Shown: positions 63,657 through 64,000 of the stretch, in pieces
Position numbering within the stretch: position 1 is the stretch's first letter
How the letters are laid out: each line of letters opens with the position of its first letter
NCBI GenBank assembly: GCA_052106055.1
Contig: JBQEBI010000001.1
Span: 8,019-72,018, forward strand
Direction of reading: 5' to 3'
DNA: 64,000 bases
Source: Oceanisphaera sp.
Lineage (GTDB): Bacteria > Pseudomonadota > Gammaproteobacteria > Enterobacterales > Aeromonadaceae
The notes under the pieces: model-generated
The model's input: only the letters and a program-made list of their open reading frames with translations
Databases searched by the model: none
What the model was told of the DNA's origin: nothing
Program-made: the position numbers and the translations under genes

Positions 63657-63986
63657 ATGAACTGGATATTTCTTGGGGTCGCAATTGTTGCAGAAGTGGT
63701 TGCGACCTCTAGCTTAAAAGCAAGTGCGGGCTTTACGAAGTTATGGCCCAGTCTGTTAGTGGTTATGGGGTATACCGCAGCTTTTTACTTTTTATCACTG
63801 ACCCTAAAGGTGATTCCTGTTGGTCTTGCCTATGCAATCTGGGCGGGGGTTGGAATCGTATTAATTTCTTTAGCAGGCTGGCTTATATTTGGTCAGAAGC
63901 TGGATCTAGCAAGTGTGATTGGGATGGCGCTGATCATAACTGGCGTAGTGGTTATCAACGTATTTTCAAGAGTTAGCGTACCTTAG
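63657..63986 (+). CDS. SMR-family small multidrug efflux transporter (EmrE/QacE-like)
   Basis: 109 aa, four TM helices, with the conserved membrane Glu in IVAEVVATSSLK and AYAIWAGVG. Confidence 0.88.
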   Translation: MNWIFLGVAIVAEVVATSSLKASAGFTKLWPSLLVVMGYTAAFYFLSLTLKVIPVGLAYAIWAGVGIVLISLAGWLIFGQKLDLASVIGMALIITGVVVINVFSRVSVP

Positions 63987-64000
63987 CATTTTAAAAGTAA

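Overview
This 64-kb window looks like gammaproteobacterial chromosome; gene content and E. coli-like local synteny (ansA-sppA-ydjA, accD-folC-dedD, yfcL-epmC-aroC-prmB-smrB) suggest an Alteromonadales- or Chromatiales-type aquatic bacterium, which is an inference. Most of it is conserved housekeeping: fadL, putP, fadIJ, htpG, adk, ansA, sppA, fadH, pdxB, fimV/hubP, truA, accD, folC, dedD, aguBA, a 2-Cys peroxiredoxin, a modF-like ATPase, rnt, nfsA, sixA, smrB, prmB, aroC, epmC, yfcL, cysD/cysNC and an SLC13 permease. There are two RNA genes: tRNA-Ser(GGA) at 35776-35863 and 4.5S/SRP RNA (ffs) at 55310-55424. I found no rRNA, CRISPR array, transposase or integrase. Three accessory signals stand out. 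(1) A ~6-kb islet sits directly behind tRNA-Ser. It carries four translationally coupled genes (36354-41851): an unknown helical protein, a small DUF4194/MukE-like protein, a 930-aa SMC-like coiled-coil ABC ATPase, and a 292-aa Toprim protein with JetD/MksG-like motifs. This is a compact, divergent Wadjet/JetABCD (MksBEFG)-like candidate anti-plasmid system and is the best candidate for the novel system. (2) Five copies of a MITE-like intergenic repeat family with shared termini lie between 57.0 and 63.6 kb. One copy carries a ~300-nt highly structured module, and two copies end in an outward-facing extended -10-like motif. (3) A four-helix-bundle (23S rRNA IVS-type) gene is inserted between cysD and cysNC, flanked by complementary sequences. 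All product calls come from reading the translated ORFs and recalling family motifs; no database search was run.
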